Assembly: GCA_963555985.3 (NCBI GenBank)
Contig: OY820591.1
Location: forward strand, 2,560,001 to 2,624,000
Reading direction: 5' to 3'
DNA from: Dehalococcoidia bacterium
Lineage (GTDB): Bacteria > Chloroflexota > Dehalococcoidia > Bin125
DNA length: 64,000 nt
The notes below the pieces were generated by a model. The model was not told where the DNA came from. It did not search any database and saw only the letters and a list, made by a program, of their open reading frames with translations. Both the position numbers and the translations under genes were made by a program. Shown piece by piece: positions 37,307 through 46,371 of the stretch (positions are counted from its first letter, which is position 1; each line of letters opens with the position of its first letter).

Positions 37307-38419
37307 TCAGTCACCCAACCAAGGCTCAATCGTCACATTGACCGCCGCTTCCGACGTCTCACCCGCGAGCGTCGCGATCGCCTCAGCCGCGTTCTCCAAC
37401 CGGAACGCATGGGAATGCAACCGCTCCAACGGAAAACGCCCCGAAAGAATCACGTCAATCGCCCGCCGGAACGACTGGTGATCCACACCCAGCACACCCC
37501 GCACCGTCAATTGCCGCGTCACAATGTCGTCCGAGTTGAACTCCGGTACCCGGTGCGAACCCTTCAGCCCCGCCAATACGACCGTCCCGCCCCGCTTCGC
37601 CATCCGCATCGCGTCCGACACCGGCTGCGTCGCGTAGGGCGTGACATCCACCACCACATCCACTCCGCGCCCGTCCGTAGCCTCAAGCACTCGCTCGACC
37701 ACAGGCTCCGTCTCCGCGTTCAGAGTCAGATCCGCCCCAAATTCACGCGCAAGCGCCAGCTTGTGCTCGTCCCGCGAGAGGCCCGTCGCCACAATCGTGC
37801 CCGCTCCCGCAGCGCGAGCCGCAATGATCGAGCACAATCCCCGCTGACCCGACCCCAGCACCGCCACCGACTGTCCAACTTGTAATTGCGCCGCCGCCAC
37901 CGCCCAGGCAAACCCTGCCCCCAGCGGGTTGTAGAGCGCCGCCAGGCGCGGCGGCAGATCGTTCGGCATCGGATGCATCACCGTCGCCGGATGCAGATAC
38001 ATGTACTCCGCGTATCCGCCCCACAGACCGGGCGCGCGATCGGTCAGCGTGTAACCGTAGCCCGCTCCGTCCGCACACCGTCGCCCTTCCCCCTCGCGGC
38101 AATTCCGGCACTGCCCGCAGCGAACCCCCGGCTCCACCGACACCAAGTCGCCCACATCGACACCCCAACGCTCCGCCGCCCGTTCCCCCAGCGCCGCGAT
38201 CCGTCCAACCGGTTCATGCCCTGGAATCGTCGGAAAATTCGACGCAAACTCCCCGTTGAACTGCTCGTAGTCCGACCCGCAGATGCCGCATACTTCCATC
38301 CGCAGCAGTCCGTCGTCAGGCCCGATCTCCGGCAGCGAAAACGTCTGCAACTCCAACTCACGCACCGCGGTCAGCACCATCGCGCGGGCGCGATCGGGAA
38401 GCTCGGGCATGGAGGGCAT
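37307..38419 (-). CDS. Zn-dependent alcohol dehydrogenase
   Basis: CGICGSD, PGHEPVG, CGQCRNC..RRC, GSGQRG. Confidence 0.9.
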   Translation of the reverse strand: MPSMPELPDRARAMVLTAVRELELQTFSLPEIGPDDGLLRMEVCGICGSDYEQFNGEFASNFPTIPGHEPVGRIAALGERAAERWGVDVGDLVSVEPGVRCGQCRNCREGEGRRCADGAGYGYTLTDRAPGLWGGYAEYMYLHPATVMHPMPNDLPPRLAALYNPLGAGFAWAVAAAQLQVGQSVAVLGSGQRGLCSIIAARAAGAGTIVATGLSRDEHKLALAREFGADLTLNAETEPVVERVLEATDGRGVDVVVDVTPYATQPVSDAMRMAKRGGTVVLAGLKGSHRVPEFNSDDIVTRQLTVRGVLGVDHQSFRRAIDVILSGRFPLERLHSHAFRLENAAEAIATLAGETSEAAVNVTIEPWLGD

Positions 38420-38430
38420 CACAAATCTCC

Positions 38431-39306
38431 TCAGCGCTGGTCGATCAACGGTTGCAGACGCGCGTTGCGCTCCATCGAAGCAGCCATGTGACGCACGCGC
38501 TCCTGCCCGATCTCCGTCTCCGGATCCTCATCCCAGCCGCGACCGCCCGCATCACGAATCCCGCCGTCCATCACCAGATACGAACCCGTCATGAAGTCGG
38601 CGTCGGGACCAACCAGGAACGCAATCAATCCGGCGATATCCGACGGCGCGCCCGACCGTCCGACCGGCGTCGCCGCCTCGAGCATCGTCCGAATCGGACC
38701 GCCCTCGTCGCCGGCGAGCGCGTGCGCCAGGGGCGTGTCAATCACGCCCGGACCGATCGCATTGATGTTGATCCCATGCGGCCCCAAGTCCTGCGCCCAG
38801 CCCCGCACCATCATCGCCACGCCCGCCTTGGTCGCCGAATAGCTCCACATCATTCCGCTCGTATTCAGCGCCGCCAACGAGGAAATGCAGACGATCCGTC
38901 CGCCGTTCCCCTGCGCGACCATCCGCTGAGCCGCCGCTTGTACGGTCAGAAACACCCCCGTCAGGTTGATATCCACCTGATCCTGCCAGTCCTTCAGCTC
39001 CAACTCCAACACCGAGCCGCCCCGCCCGATCCCCGCATTGGCGACCGCGATGTCAAGCGAACCCAACTCCGCCACGCACTCGTCCGCAGCCGCTTGTACC
39101 TGCTCCTTCGAGGCCACATTGCACTGCACCACATGCGCCCGCCGCCCGAACTCCCGCACCATCGAAGCAGTCTCCGCAGCCGCCTCAAGGTCAATCTCCG
39201 CAACACAGACATCCGCCCCATCCCGAGCAAGCCGCAGCGCCGTCCCTTGCCCAATCCCGCTGCCCGATCCCGTAATGAACGCAACCCGCCCACTCAGATC
39301 AGCCAT
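38431..39306 (-). CDS. Short-chain dehydrogenase/reductase
   Basis: TGSGSGIG, NAGIG, YSATK, NAIGPGVIDT. Confidence 0.92.
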   Translation of the reverse strand: MADLSGRVAFITGSGSGIGQGTALRLARDGADVCVAEIDLEAAAETASMVREFGRRAHVVQCNVASKEQVQAAADECVAELGSLDIAVANAGIGRGGSVLELELKDWQDQVDINLTGVFLTVQAAAQRMVAQGNGGRIVCISSLAALNTSGMMWSYSATKAGVAMMVRGWAQDLGPHGININAIGPGVIDTPLAHALAGDEGGPIRTMLEAATPVGRSGAPSDIAGLIAFLVGPDADFMTGSYLVMDGGIRDAGGRGWDEDPETEIGQERVRHMAASMERNARLQPLIDQR

Positions 39307-39379
39307 CACAACCCTCCCAAATTCCTGTGCGTCAAAAGCTACCGCAAACAGCACCCACTCCGTCGCTCTCGCCCTCACA

Positions 39380-39515
39380 TCGTCATACCCACGCCCACAG
39401 CACCGTCATACCCGCGCTTGCCGCGGAGCCTATCCCCGCGAAGGCGGGGATCACTCGCCGTGATCTGCATCGTCGTCGCTCACACAACGAGATTCCCGTG
39501 CGCGCAGAAATGACA
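39380..39515. repeat. REP-like palindromes (family B, nested module)
   Basis: GTCATACCCGCGCTTGCCGCGGAGCCTATCCCCGCGAAGGCGGGGATCACTCGCCGTGA; near-copy of 11881-11940. Confidence 0.8.
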
Positions 39516-39532
39516 GAAGAGCTCCAACCCCC

Positions 39533-40546
39533 TCAAACCAACCCATACCCCCGATCCACTCCCTCCCCCTCACGCGACAACACACCCTCCTCCACCAACG
39601 CCTCCAGATGCGCCACCGTCTCCGACATCGCCATCGTCAACTGACCCCGATCATGCGCTCGCTTCGGAAACACCGCAATCGCAATCTCCTTGATCGTGCT
39701 CTTGCCCCCTGCCACCGCATCAACGATCTCGCCCCGCCGCACCTGGTGGTGCTCCAGAATCTCCCCCGCCCGTTCCGCCGGACGCTCAATGATCCGCTCA
39801 TGCGCCGGCAGCGCCACGCTCGGATTCAACTCCGCTACCAGCCCCAGCGACTGCTCGAACGCCGCCAACGGCGAGCGCTCGTCATCGGGCCACATCCCGA
39901 TGTGCGGCGTAATCCGCGCCAGCAGATGATCACCCGTGAACAGAATCTCCTCATCGCGGTCGAGCACGCACAGATGCCCGTCCGTATGTCCGGGCGTCCA
40001 CACCATCTCAAACTCACGCCCGCCGATCTCCAACACCTCGCCGCCCCGGATCAACGTCGGCTCCGGCGCAGGCAGATCGATCCCCTCCATCGCCTCCCGC
40101 ATCCGGCTGAACATCGAATCTTGCGGCTCGGCGCCGTTCGCAAACTCATGATCGTCGAGCGCCGCCGCCCAGCCCCCGGAGAACCGGCGCCGCGCCAACT
40201 CCGGGTTCATCGCCCGCATCATCTGCATCCGCCCCCAATCCGCCTCATGCACAAACACCTCAGTCCCGAACCGATGCTGCAACCAGCCCGCGAACGCCGT
40301 GTGATCCGGGTGATAGTGCGAAATGAACGCCGCCTCCAACCGCCGACCGTCCGTCAGCAGCGGCGCAATCTCCCGCTCAAGTATCTGCACCCCCTCAGGC
40401 GAGGGAAAACCCGTATCAAACATCGCCCAGCCACCGCCGGTCGCGATCAACCAGACATGCACATGCGCCAACGGCGGCGGCATCGGCAGCGTGAAGCGGC
40501 GCACGTTCGGCGGAAGCGGACTCTGGTCGTGAAAGGGAATCGTCAT
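39533..40546 (-). CDS. MBL-fold metallo-hydrolase with C-terminal winged helix
   Basis: DTG, SHYHPDH, TPGHTDGH, TGDHLL, LPAH. Confidence 0.9.
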   Translation of the reverse strand: MTIPFHDQSPLPPNVRRFTLPMPPPLAHVHVWLIATGGGWAMFDTGFPSPEGVQILEREIAPLLTDGRRLEAAFISHYHPDHTAFAGWLQHRFGTEVFVHEADWGRMQMMRAMNPELARRRFSGGWAAALDDHEFANGAEPQDSMFSRMREAMEGIDLPAPEPTLIRGGEVLEIGGREFEMVWTPGHTDGHLCVLDRDEEILFTGDHLLARITPHIGMWPDDERSPLAAFEQSLGLVAELNPSVALPAHERIIERPAERAGEILEHHQVRRGEIVDAVAGGKSTIKEIAIAVFPKRAHDRGQLTMAMSETVAHLEALVEEGVLSREGEGVDRGYGLV

Positions 40547-41691
40547 ACGTCCTCATCATCAACTGGAACCGGTGCGGCCTCAGCTTGGGCGGCAGTCTCA
40601 GCCAGGTTCGCCAGACCCTGACCCAGAGCGTATATGCCGAACAGCACTAAGGTCAGCGCGATCCCGGCGCTGAGCGTCATCCAGGGTGCCTCGATGATGT
40701 ACTGCCGACCGACCGCGATCATCCCTCCCCAGCTCGGGCCGGAACCGGTGGAACCGAGGAATTCCATCAGCGTGATCCCAATCACAGCCGCAATCGCAAC
40801 ATTGCGCAAGGTCAGGATCAGCCGGACGCGGTGGCGCAGGATCGGATCCAACACAGCGCTGCGCAGACTCAGCGAAGCGGGGGCCGAAGGTTCCAAGCTG
40901 CGGTAGAGCGGTGCCAGCGCAACCATCGCCAGACCCAGAACCATCCACAGATCGCCCCAGCCGCCCGCGAAAACGATCAGCGAGAGCAGCGCCAGCGGCG
41001 GCAGCGCTTGTGCGCCATCAAGCACGCTCCCAAGCGCCCGTTCCGCGATCTTCCCGCCCCGAATCCGCGCAATCAGACCAGCGCTCACCGCCGCCAGCAC
41101 CGCCGCCGCACCGCCAATCAGCAGCGTTAGCAGACCGAAATAGAGCGGTCGCCAGGCCCCGTCCACCACCAGCGCGTAGATATCCCGGCCCGCCCGATCC
41201 GTCCCGAACCAGTGAGACCCCGAGGGCTCGGCAAACGAAGCAATGACAAGCGGCCGATATGCGTTGCGGGAGAGTCCCACCTCCAGATCATGCAACACTC
41301 CGTCGCGCACTTCCACATGAGGCTCGCGCCCCGAAGTCAGCGTTTCAAGCAGCGCATCATGATCGATCAACTCATGCACGAACTCCTGAATCTCGCCCTG
41401 AACCCCGGCAGCGTCCGCAAACTCCCCATAGATGCTCGGATCGGAAAGACGCTCGCGCAGTTCAGCCGCACTGAGCTCCGCCGGCGACCCGTCCAGCGCA
41501 GCCGCGACCCGCTCATACACAAACTCGGGATTGAGCTGCTCGAAGATCGTGTTCGAGTCATAGCGCCCAATCCCCATCCAGCCGCCGCCTTCGCCGATCG
41601 CGCCCACCGCAAACACGCTGCACGCAAACAGGATCACGAATCCCAACGCGCCCAGCGGTTCACGTCGAATCAGCGAACGAATCCGGCTCAT
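40543..41691 (-). CDS. Divergent DppC/OppC-like ABC permease lacking the EAA motif
   Basis: HWFGTDRAGRDI, SWGGMI..GRQYI..PW; paralogue of 43403-44647 without EAARTIGA. Confidence 0.8.
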   Translation of the reverse strand: MSRIRSLIRREPLGALGFVILFACSVFAVGAIGEGGGWMGIGRYDSNTIFEQLNPEFVYERVAAALDGSPAELSAAELRERLSDPSIYGEFADAAGVQGEIQEFVHELIDHDALLETLTSGREPHVEVRDGVLHDLEVGLSRNAYRPLVIASFAEPSGSHWFGTDRAGRDIYALVVDGAWRPLYFGLLTLLIGGAAAVLAAVSAGLIARIRGGKIAERALGSVLDGAQALPPLALLSLIVFAGGWGDLWMVLGLAMVALAPLYRSLEPSAPASLSLRSAVLDPILRHRVRLILTLRNVAIAAVIGITLMEFLGSTGSGPSWGGMIAVGRQYIIEAPWMTLSAGIALTLVLFGIYALGQGLANLAETAAQAEAAPVPVDDEDV

Positions 41692-43184
41692 GGTGTCGCT
41701 CCCTCCCCGACAAGGCGGGCGCGGATCAGATCAATCGCAATGAAGCCGAATACGACAAAGAGCGCCGTGATACAGACAATCGCCTCAATCACCGGAACAT
41801 CGGCCTGATTCAGCCGCTGGATCAGCAGCAGCCCCAGACCGGGAATGTTGAACAGCAGCTCCAGCGTCATGTTCACCGCCAGGAACAGCGGCAGCCAGAA
41901 ACGCAGCGAGCCCAGCACACTCACAAGCAGGCGGCGCAGACAGGCGGACACGGCTTCGGCATCAAGCGAACGACTGATCGCGGCGGCAAACGCTCCAGCC
42001 AGGATCAGACCTCCGCTGAACGCTGGAATGACGTAGAGCTCGAGGAAGCCAACAGGCGATTTGGTGATATCTCTCGCGTCGGGATCCGTGAACGGAAGGT
42101 CCCAGAGGCCTCCCTCAAACACACCCCTCGGCACGACCAGCACAATCAGCAACAGCGCCAGCCAGACAGCCGGCACGACCACGGCGACGCTGGTCAAACC
42201 GCGACCGGCTGCTGCAAACACCCCCTCCCGCTGGCGCGAAGCGATCAGCCCCAACGGAACGCCGATCACGACCGCGAAGAGCAGCGAAAACAGGTTGAGT
42301 TGAACCGTGCGCGGCAGCGCACGAGCCGCGACTGACAGCGAGTCCTCCTGCGTCTGAAACGAAGGACGGTAATCAAAACGCACGACATCCCAGAGAAAGT
42401 CCTCGTATCGCGCAATCAGCGAGCGGTCAGCGCCGAGACGGTACCGGATCGCAGCCTCAGTGATCTTGGCCATCGGCAACATGATCACGTCGCCGTGGCG
42501 CAGGATCGTATCGGCCGCGAGCGCGCCCTCAGGATTGCCCGGCGTACCGGGCGGGTTCGCCTCGATGATGTCTGCCGCCTCAATCCGGTTGACGTAGGCG
42601 AGCTCAGCCACACTCAGCCCCTCATGCAACCTCAGCACCGTCCCGCTCGGCGCATAGGCGCGCCCATCCAACACTGCAAAGTCAATCCCGGGATTGCGCT
42701 CTCGCAGCAATGCCGCTCCCTCCTCCGCATCCTCCTCGCGCACGATCCGCCACTCCACCGCAAGCTCCGAGAGCCACCGGCCCGCAAGTACAGCAATCCG
42801 CGTGCCATGAGCGAGCGGCTCTTGAGCGCTGTGATCGGGGTTGAGCGTCAGCAGCTCAGACAGGGACAAGTTGTACTCGACCGCTATCTCGGCGAGCGTC
42901 TCTCCGACGGCGACCCGCACGCTCGTAACCCCCGCCTCGACCTCCCCGACGATCTCACTCAGCCGAGCCCCCGCCCCCTGATTCTCAAGATTGGCCAGCC
43001 TCTGCGTCAGGAAGTCCCCGGGTAGCGCATGAACCAGCACAAACACCAGCGAAACCGCCGCCCAAAGCGACAACAGCGCCAGCGCCAACCGGCCGGCGAT
43101 GCGTCCCCATCCCAAACCGGACTGTATCCGCCGCAACATCCGCTCAACCCCGGATCCGACATAGAACTCCCGTCCGTATATCAT
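41688..43184 (-). CDS. Divergent DppB/OppB-like ABC permease with LysM-like insert, lacking the EAA-like motif
   Basis: LPGDF, LysM-like VRVAVGETLAEIAVEYNLSLSELLTLNP, PSFQTQE, LPRT, ELLFNIPGLG; no DYVRTA.KGL segment. Confidence 0.8.
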   Translation of the reverse strand: MIYGREFYVGSGVERMLRRIQSGLGWGRIAGRLALALLSLWAAVSLVFVLVHALPGDFLTQRLANLENQGAGARLSEIVGEVEAGVTSVRVAVGETLAEIAVEYNLSLSELLTLNPDHSAQEPLAHGTRIAVLAGRWLSELAVEWRIVREEDAEEGAALLRERNPGIDFAVLDGRAYAPSGTVLRLHEGLSVAELAYVNRIEAADIIEANPPGTPGNPEGALAADTILRHGDVIMLPMAKITEAAIRYRLGADRSLIARYEDFLWDVVRFDYRPSFQTQEDSLSVAARALPRTVQLNLFSLLFAVVIGVPLGLIASRQREGVFAAAGRGLTSVAVVVPAVWLALLLIVLVVPRGVFEGGLWDLPFTDPDARDITKSPVGFLELYVIPAFSGGLILAGAFAAAISRSLDAEAVSACLRRLLVSVLGSLRFWLPLFLAVNMTLELLFNIPGLGLLLIQRLNQADVPVIEAIVCITALFVVFGFIAIDLIRARLVGEGATP

Positions 43185-43300
43185 GGCCTCCGTTCGCCCT
43201 CCCCTCCACACCCCGCGAAACCCGCCATGACCACCCGAACCCACCTGGACAGAGCGAGACTAGTCCAGACGAACACCTCCAGTACCGCCCCAAACACCCC

Positions 43301-43352
43301 CGCAATCCAGCCAGATCCAGACAAATCTGGACTAATCCGGACTACCTCCGGC
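43301..43352 (+). repeat. 10-bp-period TC(C/T)(A/G)GAC array
   Basis: TCCAGACAAA TCTGGACTAA TCCGGACTAC CTCCGGC. Confidence 0.55.
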
Positions 43353-43402
43353 CCAATTCTCCGTCCACAGCCCCAAATTCACGCCCTCGCCAAGAAAAAC
43401 CC

Positions 43403-44647
43403 TCACTGGCTCCCGCGCAGGCGCGGATCAAAGACATCCCGCAGCGCATCGCCGAGCACATTGAAGCCAAACACCAGCGAAGTCAGCGCCAGACCCGCGA
43501 ACAGCGATGTCCACGGCGACTGCACGATGAACTGCCGTCCGTCCGCGATCATCTTGCCCCAGGACACATCCAGCGTCCCCAGACCCAAGAAGCTCAACGC
43601 CGCCTCAGCGAGGATGAACGCTCCGATCGTGATCGAGAAGATCACGATCAGCGGCGCGACGATGTTGGGCAGGATGTGCATCATCATGATGCGCAGATTG
43701 GTGGCGCCGATCGTCCGCGCTGCCTCGACGAATGGCATCTCGCGCAGCGCGATCACCGCGCCACGCACAATTCGCTGCACGGGCGCCACCGCTAATGCCG
43801 AGAGCGCCAGCGTCACCCAGAGCGCCGACGGCTCCGTCACAGCCCGCAGCAACAGCAGGAACACGATCGGCGGGAACGACTGAATCGCGTCCATGACTCG
43901 GTTGATCGCGAGGTCGATGTTGCCCCCGAATCCGCCCGAGATCAGCCCAATCAGCGTGCCCGCGACTACCCCCACCAGCGTCGCGAAGAAGCCGATGTAG
44001 AGCGACAGCCGTGCTCCCTCGGTCACCCGCGCGAACAGGTCGTGCCCGGCCCGGTCGGTGCCAAACCAGTGCTTGCCCGACGGCCCTTGCAGCGACGCGG
44101 TCGTGAGCGGCGTGTTCGTGCCTGTCGCGAGTAGATCATCAAAGTCGTGGATCGTGCCGTCGCGGATCTCGATCTGTACCGGATCCAGGTCTTCGCCGAG
44201 GTGAGTCAGGACCCTTCCTTCGACGATCAACCCCTCGACGTACGCCAGCATGTCGTCGATCACGCCCGACTCGGCCGCCAGATCGCCGTAGACATCGGGA
44301 TCAAGCAGCAACTCCCGCAGCCGGGCGTCGGAGATATCGGCCGGCTCGCCGTCCAGCGCGTTCGCCATCTTGTCGTCCGCGAAGTTCTGATTGGCGATCT
44401 TGAACACTTCCTGCGAGTCGTACCGCCCCAGCCCCAGCCAGCCGCCGCCGGAACCAACCGTGCCGATCGCGATCACGCTCCAGACCACGACCAGGATCAG
44501 GCCGGCCGCGCCGAGCGGCTTGCCGGTCATGAAGCTGCGCAGCGCGCCGCCCACCATCGCCAGACGCGAGCGCTCCTCCACCCGCAGACCTTGCGCAGCG
44601 GCAAACTCTTCCAGATTGGCGGCGGTCTCAGGCGCTTGATCGCTCAT
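43403..44647 (-). CDS. DppC/OppC-like ABC permease with extracytoplasmic insertion
   Basis: HWFGTDRAGHDLF, FVEAARTIGA, HILPN, EAALSFLGLG, FNVLGDALRDVFDPR. Confidence 0.93.
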   Translation of the reverse strand: MSDQAPETAANLEEFAAAQGLRVEERSRLAMVGGALRSFMTGKPLGAAGLILVVVWSVIAIGTVGSGGGWLGLGRYDSQEVFKIANQNFADDKMANALDGEPADISDARLRELLLDPDVYGDLAAESGVIDDMLAYVEGLIVEGRVLTHLGEDLDPVQIEIRDGTIHDFDDLLATGTNTPLTTASLQGPSGKHWFGTDRAGHDLFARVTEGARLSLYIGFFATLVGVVAGTLIGLISGGFGGNIDLAINRVMDAIQSFPPIVFLLLLRAVTEPSALWVTLALSALAVAPVQRIVRGAVIALREMPFVEAARTIGATNLRIMMMHILPNIVAPLIVIFSITIGAFILAEAALSFLGLGTLDVSWGKMIADGRQFIVQSPWTSLFAGLALTSLVFGFNVLGDALRDVFDPRLRGSQ

Positions 44648-44698
44648 CGGGCGTGTCCTTCGCAGATCGAGCGGACGCTTCGGCCGATCTTCATCGGC

Positions 44699-46324
44699 CT
44701 AGGTGTAGCGAATCCGGGGGTCAATCAGCGCGTAGCTGATGTCGATGATGATGTTGATGATGATCACGAACAGCGCCAGGAAGAACACCATCGTCTGCAC
44801 CACCGGAATATCCGCCTGGTTGATCCGCTGAATCAGCAGCAGGCCGATGCCGGGGATGTTGAACAGCAGCTCGAGGATAATGTTCCCGCCTACCAGCGCC
44901 GCGATCTGCAAGCCGAGAATGCTGAGCACGTTCACCATCGCGTTGCGCATCGCGTGCCGCCGGATCACCGTGCGCTCGCGCAGACCCTTCGACCAGGCCG
45001 TACGCACGTAGTCCTGGCGCAGCACCTCAAGCAGCTCCGAGCGCGTAATCCGCATCAGACCCGCGCCCGCGGCGATCCCGCCCGCAACGGCGGGAATGGA
45101 ATAGAGCGCGAAGAATCCGGGCACGGAAGTGAAGATGCTGCGCGCATCCTCCGAGGTCAGCGGAATCGACCACAGCCCCCCTTCCGAAATCCCGCCTGGC
45201 GTCACCACGAAGATCAACATCGTCGCAATCCAGAACGAGGGCGCGGCCAGCGCCAGGATCGCAAACCCGCGCAGCCCGTAGTCGAGCGGGCGGTCCTGCC
45301 GCATCGCCGAGAGAATGCCGACCGGGAACGCGACCAGAATCGCCACGATCAGCGCGTAGATATTGAGGTGCAGCGTGCGCGGCAACGCCCGCACGAAGAT
45401 GTCGAGCGAGTCCTCCTGCGTCTGGAACGAGGGGCGGAATTTCAGCCGCACCGTCTCCCAGAGGAACTCCCCGTACTGCACGCCCAACGGTTTGTCGATC
45501 CCCAGCCGATTGCGAATGTTCGCCTCGGTGATCTTCGTCGTCGGCATAATGATCGCGTGCGCCGGAATCTCAACAACCGTTCCGGCCTCGAGCGGCTCAG
45601 CCGGATCGATCTGCGGATTGACCTTCTCCGTCCGATCCAACGGACGATTCGTGGCAACCGCGATGCTCTCTAGGGTGTCCCCCGCGTTGGCAGTGAAAGT
45701 CGTCGCCGGTTCGAGCGGCGTCGTCGCCGTGAGCGCCCCGTCAGGATTCGTCGGCACCCCCGTTGGATTCGCGGCGAGGATGTCCGACGCCTCAATCCGG
45801 TTGACGTGCGCCAACTCTTCCAGGTTGATGCTCGTGCGTAAGGTCAGCGTCGTCCCCGTCGGCGCATAGGGTTTGCCCTGATAGGTGGGGAAATCGACCT
45901 CCGGGTTGCGATCCAACAGGATCTGCACCCCCTCCTTCGCATCTTCAGGCAGCGTGATCCGTTGCGACACCGCGAGCTGTTCCAGCAGCTGGCCGGGAAT
46001 CAGGATGATCCGCGTGCCGGGCCGCAGGTCGCCGCCCGCTTCGAGGTCGGGGTTGGCCCGGAGCAGTTCCGAGACGCTGACACCGTTGGCCAGCGCGATG
46101 CTGTCAATCGTGTCGCCCGTGATCACCCGGTGAGTGGTGTCCTCAATCTCAATCTGGCCGATGATCTCCGACTCTCGCGTCTCCGCCCCCTGGTTCTCAA
46201 GGTTGGAGAGTTTGCGCGTGACGAAATCCCCCGGCAGCGCGCGCAGGGCGAGAAAGAGGAGTGAGACGACCAGCCAGATCGTGGGAATCACGAGGATGAT
46301 GCGTCGGATCAGGTACTGCTGCAT
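44699..46324 (-). CDS. DppB/OppB-like ABC permease with inserted LysM domains
   Basis: YLIRRI, LPGD, LysM-like HRVITGDTIDSIA..NP..LRPGTRIIL and FTANAGDTLESIA..NP..LEAGTVVEIP, EVLRQDYVRTAWSKGL, YALIDPRIRY. Confidence 0.93.
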   Translation of the reverse strand: MQQYLIRRIILVIPTIWLVVSLLFLALRALPGDFVTRKLSNLENQGAETRESEIIGQIEIEDTTHRVITGDTIDSIALANGVSVSELLRANPDLEAGGDLRPGTRIILIPGQLLEQLAVSQRITLPEDAKEGVQILLDRNPEVDFPTYQGKPYAPTGTTLTLRTSINLEELAHVNRIEASDILAANPTGVPTNPDGALTATTPLEPATTFTANAGDTLESIAVATNRPLDRTEKVNPQIDPAEPLEAGTVVEIPAHAIIMPTTKITEANIRNRLGIDKPLGVQYGEFLWETVRLKFRPSFQTQEDSLDIFVRALPRTLHLNIYALIVAILVAFPVGILSAMRQDRPLDYGLRGFAILALAAPSFWIATMLIFVVTPGGISEGGLWSIPLTSEDARSIFTSVPGFFALYSIPAVAGGIAAGAGLMRITRSELLEVLRQDYVRTAWSKGLRERTVIRRHAMRNAMVNVLSILGLQIAALVGGNIILELLFNIPGIGLLLIQRINQADIPVVQTMVFFLALFVIIINIIIDISYALIDPRIRYT

Positions 46325-46371
46325 CTTGCCTCCGCGTCAGACTCGTCGCGCGGGCCGGTTGTTGCCGCTCG

